Below, piece after piece: positions 43,557 through 51,918 of a DNA stretch of 64,000 bases. A program made the translations under genes and the position numbers. The DNA lies in contig JBJMGP010000060.1 in NCBI GenBank assembly GCA_045807865.1, positions 43,991 to 107,990 of the forward strand, given 5' to 3'. The stretch's first letter is position 1. Each line of letters opens with the position of its first letter. The notes beneath the pieces were generated by a model. That model was not told the origin of the DNA. It worked only from the letters and a program-made list of their open reading frames with translations, and did no database searches. Source of the DNA: Pyrinomonadaceae bacterium (GTDB taxonomy: Bacteria; Acidobacteriota; Blastocatellia; Pyrinomonadales; Pyrinomonadaceae).

Positions 43557-44351
43557 CTACTTAGAGGGAGAGAGCGGTTTGCCGCCCACGTCCTTCTTCT
43601 GGAGACCCGCCCGGTCGAGGTAGAAGGAGAGGCGCCCCGTATGGCCGTAGCGCTCGGGCTCCGCGCGCGCCGTGAAGGACTTGGAGTCGGAGGGGACGCT
43701 GACGTTGAAGCGGTAGCCGGTCGTCTCCGTGCCGAGGATGTCCTGCGGGACGTAGCCGGCGCGCACGAGCGCATTGAGGTCGGCGTAGCTGCCCGAGTGT
43801 TGGAGCGCGTAGGCGAGCTGCGCGGCCATGATGCGGTTGATCATCTCCTCGGCGTCCTGCTCGTGCGCGGCGATGCGCTGCTCGTAGAAGAACTTCTTGC
43901 CCTGCTTCTTAACGGCCGCCGCGCCCTCGCGGTCGCCGATGACCCACGCGCCGCGCTCGCGGATGAGGTTGACGGGCTCGACCTTCAGCTCCTTGCCCTC
44001 GCCCGTCCTGACGAAGACGGTCGCCTCCTCGCCGGCCAGACTCTCGCCCGTGATCTCGAAGTTCGTGGGCACCGTGGCCGCCACGCGAGCGAAGTCGGGC
44101 TGGAACTCCTTCAACTCCTCGGCGCTGAGCGCCTCGACGGCCGGGCGGAGGATGGACATCAACATGGCGTCGCGGAAGCGCGACTCCCTGAGCGCGGTGT
44201 AGTAGGCGCGCACCACGTCCGACGGCGAGCCCGGCGCGGCGGCCGGCGCCTGCGGCGGACGCGGGTTCGACTGCGCCCGCGACGGCACGGCCGCGGCGGC
44301 GAGCAGGCAGAGTGCGAGCGTGAAAGTCTTGAGCTTCATGCGTCTGTTCAT
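43557..44351 (-). CDS. hypothetical exported protein
   Basis: 264 aa from the ATG at 44351. Signal MNRRMKLKTFTLALCLLAAAAVPSRAQ. No recognised motif. Confidence 0.55.
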   Translation of the reverse strand: MNRRMKLKTFTLALCLLAAAAVPSRAQSNPRPPQAPAAAPGSPSDVVRAYYTALRESRFRDAMLMSILRPAVEALSAEELKEFQPDFARVAATVPTNFEITGESLAGEEATVFVRTGEGKELKVEPVNLIRERGAWVIGDREGAAAVKKQGKKFFYEQRIAAHEQDAEEMINRIMAAQLAYALQHSGSYADLNALVRAGYVPQDILGTETTGYRFNVSVPSDSKSFTARAEPERYGHTGRLSFYLDRAGLQKKDVGGKPLSPSK

Positions 44352-44420
44352 CTCGGGTAGGTCTTTCAGCAAGGCGGCTTGGGGAGGGCTGCGCAGAGTG
44401 TCTAAGTTAAAGTCCGGCGC

Positions 44421-44471
44421 AAAGAGAACGGCTGACGGCGAGTGGTGCGTACCGTCCACTCACCGTCAGCC
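44421..44471 (-). terminator. hairpin downstream of the OPT transporter gene
   Basis: ggctgacggcgagtgg (44430-44445) pairs with ccactcaccgtcagcc (44456-44471) with one mismatch. Weak U-tract on the minus strand. Confidence 0.5.
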
Positions 44472-44514
44472 ATTGTTCCACCCGCGCGCGCGCGGGGTCA
44501 AGCGAGCTTCCGCG

Positions 44515-47046
44515 TCAGCGCTCTTCGGGGGCGCGACGCCCCGCGAGCAGCCACTCGCGCCCGACCGCGTAGAGCACCACGGCCAGCACGATGAACGGGA
44601 TGACGCCGAGCGCATCCGACCACGGCCCGGCGTTGAGCGGGTTCGTCTCGCCCCACGCCGTCATGCTCTTGTTGAAGTTCGTGAACCACGGCACGCCCGC
44701 GAGGAACGCGATGATGATGCCGGCGATGGCGCCGCCCGCGATGTAGCCCGAGGCCATCAGCACGCCGGGGCTCTTGTCCCCTTCGGCGACCAGCTCGTCC
44801 TCCGTCAGGTTGCGCCCGGCCAGGCGGCGGCGCAGGTACTTGTCCACCAGCCAGCGCACCATGCCGCCGACGAAGATCGGCGAAGAGGAGGAGAGCGGCA
44901 GGTAGACCCCGACGGCGAAGGCGAGCGAAGGGATGCCCGCCATCTCCAGCACGACCGCGATCATCACGCCCAGCAGCACGAGGCCCCACGGCAGCTCCCG
45001 GTTGAGGATGCCCTTGATGATGTAGCTCATCAGCGTCGCCTTCGGCGCGCCGAACTTCTCCACCTCGCGCCCGCCCTCGGTCGCCTTGTGCGTGCCGTTG
45101 ATGCCGGGGTCTACGAAGTAGACGGGGACGCCCGCGTCGTCCACCAGATACTTGCCGGCCTTCGCGTCCTTCTCGTCCACCTTGAACCACGCGCGGTACT
45201 GCTTCGTGTCGGCGATGCCCTGGTCGCCGGGCACGGTCTCGGTCGCCGGCCCGAGCTTCGAGACGTCGGCGCGCACCTGCGCCGGCAGTTGCAGCTTCGA
45301 CGCGGGGACGTAGACGGTCGCCGCGCTGTTGAGGCTGATGAGGATCGGCCCGAGGATCAAAGCCGAGGCGCCCGCGCCGATGAGGATGGCGATCTGCTGC
45401 CGCCACGGCGTCGCGCCGACGAGGAAGCCCGTCTTCAAGTCCTGCGAGGTCGTGCCGCCGTTCGAGGACGCGATGCAGACGATGGCCCCGATGGAGAGCG
45501 CCGTCACGTAGTAGCCCGGGCCGGTCCACCCGATGACGAGGAAGATGAAGCAGGTCAGGAGCAGCGTCGCCACCGTCATCCCCGAGATGGGATTCGACGA
45601 CGACCCGATCTCGCCCGTCAGGCGCGACGAGACCGTGACGAAGAGGAAGCCGAAGGCGATGATGAGGAGGGCGCCGAGCAGGTTGAACTGGAGGTGCAAC
45701 TGCGGGATGAGCATGATCGCCGCGACCAGCACGATGATGCCGCCCAGCACGAACTTCATCGACAAGTCCTGGTCGGTGCGCGGCGCCAGACTGGAAGCCG
45801 CCTGCCCGCCGCGCAGGTCTGCCAGCCCCCCTTTGAGCCCGTGCCAGATGGTCGGCAAGGAGCGGAAGAGGCTGATGATGCCGCCCGCGGCGACCGCGCC
45901 CGCGCCGATGTAGAGGACGTAGGCGTTGCGCACGGCGTCCGGATCCATCTGGCTGATGGGCGTCGTGCCCGGCGGGACGACCGTCGAGCCGAGGTACTGG
46001 CCGAAGAACGAGATCATCGGGATGAGCACGAGGTAGGCGAGCACGCCGCCCGCCGCCATGATGGAGGCGATCTGCGGCCCGATGATGTAGCCGACGCCCA
46101 AGAGCGCCGGGCTCGACTCGACCGAGACCGAGGCGTTGTTGAAGGGCGCGCCGAAGACCTTCGTCGGATACTCCTTCCACGCGTAGAACGCCTTCATCAG
46201 CGTCGTGTAGATGAGGCCGATGCCGAAGCCGGCGAAGATGGTCTTGGCGCCCGTGTTCGCCGACTCCGCGCCCGCGCCCGCGCGCTCCCACTCGGCCCGC
46301 GCCGAATCGGAGGCCAGCGCGCGCGACTCGTCGGACGCGCCCGCCTTCAAGACTTCGGCGCACGCCGTCCCCTCCGGGTATTTCAAAATCCCGTGCTGCT
46401 GGACGATGAGCGCGCGCCGGAGCGGAATCATCATCAGGATGCCGAGCAGGCCCCCGAGCGACGCGACCAGGATGGGGCGCGTCAGCTCAAGGTCGAAGCC
46501 GAGGATCATGATGGCCGGCATCGTCACGCCGACGCCGAAGGCAATCGATTCGCCGGCCGAGCCGGCCGTCTGCACGATGTTGTTTTCGAGGATGGTGGCG
46601 TTCCTGTCGTCCATCCGGAAGATAATGAAGGCGAAGGCGATTAGGGCGGCGGCCGCGATGCCGAGGTAGAGCGGGGACGTGCCCGACAGGAAGAGGAGCG
46701 CCAGGACTACGAGGCCGATGACGAGCGCCACGGCCGACAGGATTTTACTGCCGACCGTCGAGACGATGCGGAAGAGCGTGATGGAGATGACGGCGACGGG
46801 GATCGAGGCGCTCACCGTGAGGCCGACCTTCAGCACGAGGTAGAGCGACGACGCCCCGAAGACCATGCCGAGGAGGGTGCCGACGACGACGGCGCGCACC
46901 GTCAACTCGGGCATCGAGGTCTCGGGCGCGATGTATGGCTTGTAGGCGACCGCATGCGGCTCGTCGGGCCTGAAGCCGACTACGTCCGGGTACTCGTTCG
47001 TCGTGGCGACCTGGTGCTTTGCAGGGTCGAGTGCGTCTGACGACAT
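44515..47046 (-). CDS. OPT-family oligopeptide transporter
   Basis: 843 aa, more than 16 hydrophobic helices. N-terminal YKPYIAPETSMPELTVRAVVVGTLLGMVFGASSLYLVLKVGLT is typical of OPT. Contains a soluble insertion of about 150 aa. Confidence 0.85.
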   Translation of the reverse strand: MSSDALDPAKHQVATTNEYPDVVGFRPDEPHAVAYKPYIAPETSMPELTVRAVVVGTLLGMVFGASSLYLVLKVGLTVSASIPVAVISITLFRIVSTVGSKILSAVALVIGLVVLALLFLSGTSPLYLGIAAAALIAFAFIIFRMDDRNATILENNIVQTAGSAGESIAFGVGVTMPAIMILGFDLELTRPILVASLGGLLGILMMIPLRRALIVQQHGILKYPEGTACAEVLKAGASDESRALASDSARAEWERAGAGAESANTGAKTIFAGFGIGLIYTTLMKAFYAWKEYPTKVFGAPFNNASVSVESSPALLGVGYIIGPQIASIMAAGGVLAYLVLIPMISFFGQYLGSTVVPPGTTPISQMDPDAVRNAYVLYIGAGAVAAGGIISLFRSLPTIWHGLKGGLADLRGGQAASSLAPRTDQDLSMKFVLGGIIVLVAAIMLIPQLHLQFNLLGALLIIAFGFLFVTVSSRLTGEIGSSSNPISGMTVATLLLTCFIFLVIGWTGPGYYVTALSIGAIVCIASSNGGTTSQDLKTGFLVGATPWRQQIAILIGAGASALILGPILISLNSAATVYVPASKLQLPAQVRADVSKLGPATETVPGDQGIADTKQYRAWFKVDEKDAKAGKYLVDDAGVPVYFVDPGINGTHKATEGGREVEKFGAPKATLMSYIIKGILNRELPWGLVLLGVMIAVVLEMAGIPSLAFAVGVYLPLSSSSPIFVGGMVRWLVDKYLRRRLAGRNLTEDELVAEGDKSPGVLMASGYIAGGAIAGIIIAFLAGVPWFTNFNKSMTAWGETNPLNAGPWSDALGVIPFIVLAVVLYAVGREWLLAGRRAPEER

Positions 47047-47157
47047 CAGAAGTGACCTCCGACTGATACTTGTTCGAGCTACAAGGGGAAGAGCTTTTTA
47101 AGGAGACTTGTGGGCGCTACTTTACACGCGCCCCGGGGGCGGAAGCAAGCCAGTTAA

Positions 47158-47233
47158 GAGCCGTCAACCGTCAACCGTCAACCGTGACAAGAAGGTCTTG
47201 CCTTATCTTGTCACGGTTGACGGTTGACGGCTC
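47158..47233. repeat. heptamer-armed hairpin, CGTCAAC variant of the CGTGAAC family
   Basis: gagccgtcaaccgtcaaccgtcaaccgtgac - aagaaggtcttgccttatcttg - gtcacggttgacggttgacggctc. Three heptamers on the left arm, two on the right. It directly follows the kinase stop (47235). Confidence 0.9.
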
Positions 47234-47234
47234 T

Positions 47235-48905
47235 TCAGGGTTTGCAGACGCGGCAGGGGCGATACCCGGCGCCGAGGGCGGAGGTGGGCGAGTCGAAGTC
47301 TGCGCGCTGGCGCGCGGGGACGCGCGCGGCCCAGTCGCAGTCGGGCAGATGGTAGATGCCGAGGCTGCGGTTGCCGACGACCGGGTGCGCGGAGGGCTTC
47401 GCGGCCTTCGGCGCGGGCGGGGCGCCCTTCGCATGCGGGGCGAAGAGCGGCGGCGGTGGCGGGGTCGCGTGCGCGGGCCTGGCGAAGAGCGCCCCCGCCA
47501 CGCTCGCGGGGCCGACGCCGGGGGCGTGTGTACCGCCGCCGGGCAGCGCCGGGGTCGCCGTCTCGGCGTAGTAGACCGCGCGGAACAGTCCGTAGAAGAG
47601 GAGCAGCACGAAGAGGGCCATGAGCGTCAGCAGCATCCCCCCGAACCCTTCTGCGCCGAAGGCCGCCCAGACGTACCGCAGCAGGAAGTTGTGCAGCGGT
47701 ATCCACCAGATGTAGCCGTACGAGTCGCCGAAGGCGCTCTTGGCAAAGTAGAAGGTGTTGCCGCGCAGGTCGGCCGGGTCGCGCGGCGCGTTCGGCGCCG
47801 GCACCGACGCCCCCTGCGTGTTGAAGAGTCCCTGGACGGTCGCCGACGCGGGCGACGCGGGCGTCTCGCGCCAGGTCTTCGACCCCGGCCAGTAGGTCTC
47901 GATGCCGCGCCCGCGCGGCACAGGGGCACGGGCGACCTCGCGCGTGCGCGTGCGCACCTCCACGTCCGCGGGCGCGTTCATCCAGCCGGGAAGCGTCGAG
48001 CGCGGCTCGACCAGCTCGGTCAGCGGCGGCGTGGCCGCCGGGTCGGCGGCGCAGGCGGCTTTGAGCGTCTCGGCCAAACGCGCGTGCTCGCCGCCGAGGG
48101 CCTCGATCTTGGGGAAGAGCGCGGACGTGTCCGGGTGAGCAAAGTCGACGCGCGTGAAAAGGAGGTTCTCGTCGTGATGCTCGCCCCAGAGTTCCGGCCG
48201 TTCGGCCAGGCTGATGAGCGAGAGGTAGACGACGAGCGCGGAGAAGTTGTCCGTATCGCCCGAGAAGTGCGCCACGTCGCGCGCGGGGTGTTGGTAATGC
48301 TGGTGCCCGACCTCGCTCGCGCGGAAGCCCGCGAGCGCCGGCACGTACATGCCGTCGAGGTCTACGAGGCGCAGGCGACCGCCCCCGACGATGATGTTGC
48401 CGTGCTGCAAGTCGCCGTGCGCGATGCCCGCCTCGCGCAACGCGGTGACGAGCCTCACCCACTCGTCGGCGAGGTGGAGCAGAGCTTCGCGCCGCCCGAC
48501 GGCCTCGTCCAGGTAAACGTCGAGCGTCGGCCCCTCGACCCACTCCATGACGAGGACGGGGTAGCGGCGGCCCGAGACGAGGATGCCCTTCGGGAGGTAT
48601 TTGAACTGCGGGAGCGCGGCGATGCGTTTGGCGTTGAGGTGCGCGTCGAGCGCGCGGTAGCGCGCCTCGCGGTCGCCGAGGAAGCCGCGGAAGCAGCGCA
48701 CCGCAACCGTCTCGCCGCCGTCGTCGCCCGGGTTGAGCTTGAAGACGTAGGCGAACTGCCCCGACGTGACGAGCGGCATCCCCAGACGGTCAACCGCCGG
48801 CAGCATCCGCTTGAGCGAGGGCTCCTCGAAGCAGACCAGAGGGCACTGCACCGCCTCCGCGTAGTTACGCGCCGAGGGCCAGAAGTTTGTCGTCGCGTTC
48901 TGCAT
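47235..48905 (-). CDS. atypical Ser/Thr protein-kinase-like protein with TM region and C-terminal Ada-like zinc finger (TerY-P kinase position)
   Basis: 556 aa. VAVRCF (VAIK-like Lys region), catalytic loop HGDLQHGNIIV, LVDLDGM (DFG-like). Hydrophobic FGGMLLTLMALFVLLLFYGLF. Tail IYHLPDCDWAARV...GYRPCRVCKP. Confidence 0.75.
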   Translation of the reverse strand: MQNATTNFWPSARNYAEAVQCPLVCFEEPSLKRMLPAVDRLGMPLVTSGQFAYVFKLNPGDDGGETVAVRCFRGFLGDREARYRALDAHLNAKRIAALPQFKYLPKGILVSGRRYPVLVMEWVEGPTLDVYLDEAVGRREALLHLADEWVRLVTALREAGIAHGDLQHGNIIVGGGRLRLVDLDGMYVPALAGFRASEVGHQHYQHPARDVAHFSGDTDNFSALVVYLSLISLAERPELWGEHHDENLLFTRVDFAHPDTSALFPKIEALGGEHARLAETLKAACAADPAATPPLTELVEPRSTLPGWMNAPADVEVRTRTREVARAPVPRGRGIETYWPGSKTWRETPASPASATVQGLFNTQGASVPAPNAPRDPADLRGNTFYFAKSAFGDSYGYIWWIPLHNFLLRYVWAAFGAEGFGGMLLTLMALFVLLLFYGLFRAVYYAETATPALPGGGTHAPGVGPASVAGALFARPAHATPPPPPLFAPHAKGAPPAPKAAKPSAHPVVGNRSLGIYHLPDCDWAARVPARQRADFDSPTSALGAGYRPCRVCKP

Positions 48906-48916
48906 CGACTTCGCGC

Positions 48917-49669
48917 TTACGCCACGCCTACTCTGAGGACTGCCACGTCGTCGTCCTTCATCCTCGCCGCGGCGCGCTCGCGCCGGACGAGTTCGGAGAG
49001 CGAGCCATTTTCCGACGCGGCGAGCAGAGAATCAAACTCCTCCGCACGGGGGTCGCGCCGCGCGCACGAATCGAAGTACCAGGCCGAGAGCGCGTCCGTC
49101 ATCAGCAGGAACGTGTCGCCCGGCTCGGCCTCCCCGCCGGCCTCGACCAGTTTGGCGAGCGCCGCCTCGCGTAAGGATGCGCTCGAAGGCACGAGCGGCG
49201 GGGTCGTGCCGAACTCTTCGGCCCGGGAGACGGGGAAGGCGGCGAGCACCTCCCCGCCCCGCCGCTGCACGAGGCACGAGTCGCCGAGCGCCACCGCCTG
49301 CCAACTCAGCCGCCGCCCCGAGGTCTCCAGCCGCAGCCCGACGAGCGCCGCGTACGAACCCGCGCGCCGCTTCTCCTCCGCGTACCAGGAGAGCTTCCGC
49401 CCCTCCCACGAAGCGTGCAGCCACTCGCCCTGCTCCTTCAACCACGGCCCGAACTCGGCGGCCGTCAGCGGCGCACGCACCGCCCCGACCCACTCCGCCG
49501 CGAGCCGCGTCGCCCACCGCCGCGCGTCGAAAGCCTCCGTCGCCCCATCGGCCACGGCGAACCTCAAAGACCCCGCGTCGAACGCCAACGCGTCCTCGCA
49601 CTCCTCCACCCCGCTGCCCTCTTTCGGCAGGACGAAGTGCCGGGTTTGAATTCTCCAGCGGTCACCCAT
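48917..49669 (-). CDS. PP2C-family protein phosphatase-like
   Basis: 250 aa. FAVADGATEAF, AVALGDSCLV, FLLMTDAL, KDDDVAVLRV, giving a PP2C-like acidic metal-ligand pattern. Confidence 0.7.
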   Translation of the reverse strand: MGDRWRIQTRHFVLPKEGSGVEECEDALAFDAGSLRFAVADGATEAFDARRWATRLAAEWVGAVRAPLTAAEFGPWLKEQGEWLHASWEGRKLSWYAEEKRRAGSYAALVGLRLETSGRRLSWQAVALGDSCLVQRRGGEVLAAFPVSRAEEFGTTPPLVPSSASLREAALAKLVEAGGEAEPGDTFLLMTDALSAWYFDSCARRDPRAEEFDSLLAASENGSLSELVRRERAAARMKDDDVAVLRVGVA

Positions 49670-49706
49670 TGCGAAGAGCGGGAAGCAATCGCCGCGTCAG
49701 CGGCGG

Positions 49707-49734
49707 CCTACTGCCATCTGCCTCCTGCCTACTC
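49707..49734. repeat. one-armed run of CTGCCTA-type heptamers
   Basis: cctactgccatctgcctcctgcctactc between the vWA stop and the PP2C start. Same unit (reverse complement GCAGTAG) as at 30374. No complementary arm seen. Confidence 0.5.
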
Positions 49735-50592
49735 TCATTCCGCCATCCAGATGTGCGGGGGCATGCCGGTGAGCGACGTGCCGATCTCGTAGAACTGGAC
49801 GACCGAGGAGGGGTCGGCGTTGAAGACGAAGCCGCGCGAGCCCTCGGCCGCGGGGACGCCGAGCTGCTGCGCGGCGCCGAGGAAGTTTTCGGGGAGGACG
49901 CTGGAGATGCGGAAGAGCGTGCGGGCGAAGCCGTCCTTGAGCATCGACTCCTCGACCGGGTACTCGACCTTGCGCGAGCGGCTCGAAGAGACGTGGCAGT
50001 TGAAGAGGATGACGCGGCCGTCGTCGGTGCCGAGCGACATGAGCGCCTCGCCGTCCTGCGTGGGGTCGCCGTCGCTCGACTCGCCGTCGGTCAGGTGGAG
50101 CACCGTCGGCGGGAAGCCGCGCGGGTGCGACGAGAGCCAGCCCTCGACGATGCCGCGCACGCTCCCCAGCGCGCGGCACATCGGGGTGCCGCCCTCGGCG
50201 TGCGCGTGCACCCAGACGGGGTAGCGCACCGGCGTCTCGACGTAGCCGCCCACGCCGTCGGGCACGCGGCGGTAGCCCGACTCGATGCGCGCCGGGTTGT
50301 CGGCCACGGCCGAGACGGGCGCGACGGTCATCCCGGCGAGCGCGCCGCCTAAGCCCACCCCGACCTGCCGGCCGTAGCCGACGACGGCGACGTGGTAGTA
50401 GTCGCGCACCTCCTCGGTCTTGGTGCAGCGGATGACGAGGTCGTGCAGCGCGTGGTTGACCGCGTTGGCGACGAAGTCGGCCTTGCGCCCCGAGCCCTCG
50501 CCGCCGAACGGGTCGGCCATCGAACCCGACTGGTCGAGCAGGAAGACGATGAGCGTCGGGTTGGCGCGCGTGATCTGTGCCGTGTATGCCAT
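49735..50592 (-). CDS. von Willebrand factor type A (vWA) domain protein, TerY-like
   Basis: 285 aa. MIDAS DQSGSM, GGTPM and LTDGES. Confidence 0.8.
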   Translation of the reverse strand: MAYTAQITRANPTLIVFLLDQSGSMADPFGGEGSGRKADFVANAVNHALHDLVIRCTKTEEVRDYYHVAVVGYGRQVGVGLGGALAGMTVAPVSAVADNPARIESGYRRVPDGVGGYVETPVRYPVWVHAHAEGGTPMCRALGSVRGIVEGWLSSHPRGFPPTVLHLTDGESSDGDPTQDGEALMSLGTDDGRVILFNCHVSSSRSRKVEYPVEESMLKDGFARTLFRISSVLPENFLGAAQQLGVPAAEGSRGFVFNADPSSVVQFYEIGTSLTGMPPHIWMAE

Positions 50593-50619
50593 GCGGGAAC
50601 GATAAGTGATGGGTGATAA

Positions 50620-50688
50620 GAAGCTGTTAGCTGTTGGCTTTGAGCTTCATGCCTGGCTCACAGCTCAGAGCTGACGGCCAACAGCTTC
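50620..50688. repeat. heptamer-armed hairpin (GCTGTTA/GCTGTTG units) inside the operon
   Basis: gaagctgttagctgttggc ... gccaacagcttc with an inner gagct/agctc stem. Preceded by GATAAGT-GATGGGT-GATAAGA heptamers (50601-50621). Confidence 0.7.
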
Positions 50689-50690
50689 TC

Positions 50691-51698
50691 TCAGGCCGTG
50701 AAGGTTTTCGTCTGGAAGCCGCTCCGGTGCTCGCGCAGCAGGCCGAGGTAGATGTAGACGGTCAGCACGTGCAAAGAGGAGTTGAGCATCCCGAGCACGG
50801 CCGTCTGCAAGAGCAATGTCGGCAGCAGGTCAGGGCTCCCGCTGTTCGCGAAGCTCCACGTCACGACCCAGCCGAGGCCGGTGACGAGCAGCCCCCACAG
50901 GAAGAAGGTGATGAAGATCAACCCCTTGTTGCCCTTCGTCAGCCTGTAGCTCCGTTCGAGCGCGGCGTTGGGGCCGAGCCCCTCGACGACCGCGGCCGGG
51001 ACACTGACGGCAAACATCAGGCTGAAGATGACGCCCGGCACGATGAGCAGCACGTAGCCGAGGACGACAATGATGCTGTAGAGCAGCGTCACGAGGAAGA
51101 CCCTGGGCAGCACCTTCAACCCGCGCTTCAGGCACTCGCCCGCCGACGCGCGCCCAGCGCGCTGCAAGTCGATGACGGCGTAGGTGAGCGAGCCCGACAG
51201 CAGCGCCCCGCAGGCCATCGTCAGCAACGAGAGGAGCAGGGCAGGCACGACCACAGAGGTCAGAATGCTGTAGCTGCCGCCCCCGACCACCCCCACCGGC
51301 CCCGTCCCCACCCTTCCCAGATCGAGAAGGCCGTACTGGAGGAGAGCTTGGGGCATCATCGTCACCAGCACGAGGATGCCGACGAGCGTGAAGTGCTTGC
51401 GGTAGACGGCGAGCATCGGCGAGACCACGTCCCCCACGCCCTTGAAGGGCGGCGAGGGGATGTCGTCGGCCGGCGACGAGTGGCTGTCGTCGGCCGGCGC
51501 CCACGCGCCGCCCGGCTCGGAACTCTCGGGCGCCGCCGAGGACGGCCCGCCCGACCAATCGAAGGGCCGGCGCCCGCCCTGGAAGTCGTCGGCGGCGCCT
51601 GCGCCTTCGGCCGTGTACAGGCGCGCGTCGCACGCCTCGCAGGCGACAGCGCCGACGGGGTTGACGTGACCGCAGACCGCGCATACGGGGTTGTTCAT
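50691..51698 (-). CDS. zinc-ribbon / polytopic membrane protein
   Basis: 335 aa from the ATG at 51698, 7 nt after GGAG. CAVCGHVNPVGAVACEAC zinc ribbon, Pro/Ser/Asp linker, then about 6 TM helices. Confidence 0.6.
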   Translation of the reverse strand: MNNPVCAVCGHVNPVGAVACEACDARLYTAEGAGAADDFQGGRRPFDWSGGPSSAAPESSEPGGAWAPADDSHSSPADDIPSPPFKGVGDVVSPMLAVYRKHFTLVGILVLVTMMPQALLQYGLLDLGRVGTGPVGVVGGGSYSILTSVVVPALLLSLLTMACGALLSGSLTYAVIDLQRAGRASAGECLKRGLKVLPRVFLVTLLYSIIVVLGYVLLIVPGVIFSLMFAVSVPAAVVEGLGPNAALERSYRLTKGNKGLIFITFFLWGLLVTGLGWVVTWSFANSGSPDLLPTLLLQTAVLGMLNSSLHVLTVYIYLGLLREHRSGFQTKTFTA

Positions 51699-51918
51699 GA
51701 GGAAGCTCCTTACAGTCTGAAACTTTCGGCGGCAGGATTCTCTGAAGGCGCCGCGGGACGCCCTTTCCGACCGGCCGCGACGCGCCCAGACAATATCCAA
51801 CGCCGCGCCGCCGCCTGTCAATTACGACGCCGGCGGCCGCGCGCGCTATGCTACACTCGACGCTCCCGAATCTTTCGCACGCTCTTCCAAACCCGTTCAG
51901 GACTCGACCTACACGACG

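Noticed and set aside
47235-51698. The vWA/PP2C/kinase block as part of a mobile defence island.
   Set aside because: No integrase, transposase, tRNA-flanked boundary or direct-repeat att-like sites are visible. The only flanking repeats are the genome-wide heptamer hairpins. The triad call is kept, but the mobile-element call is not supported.
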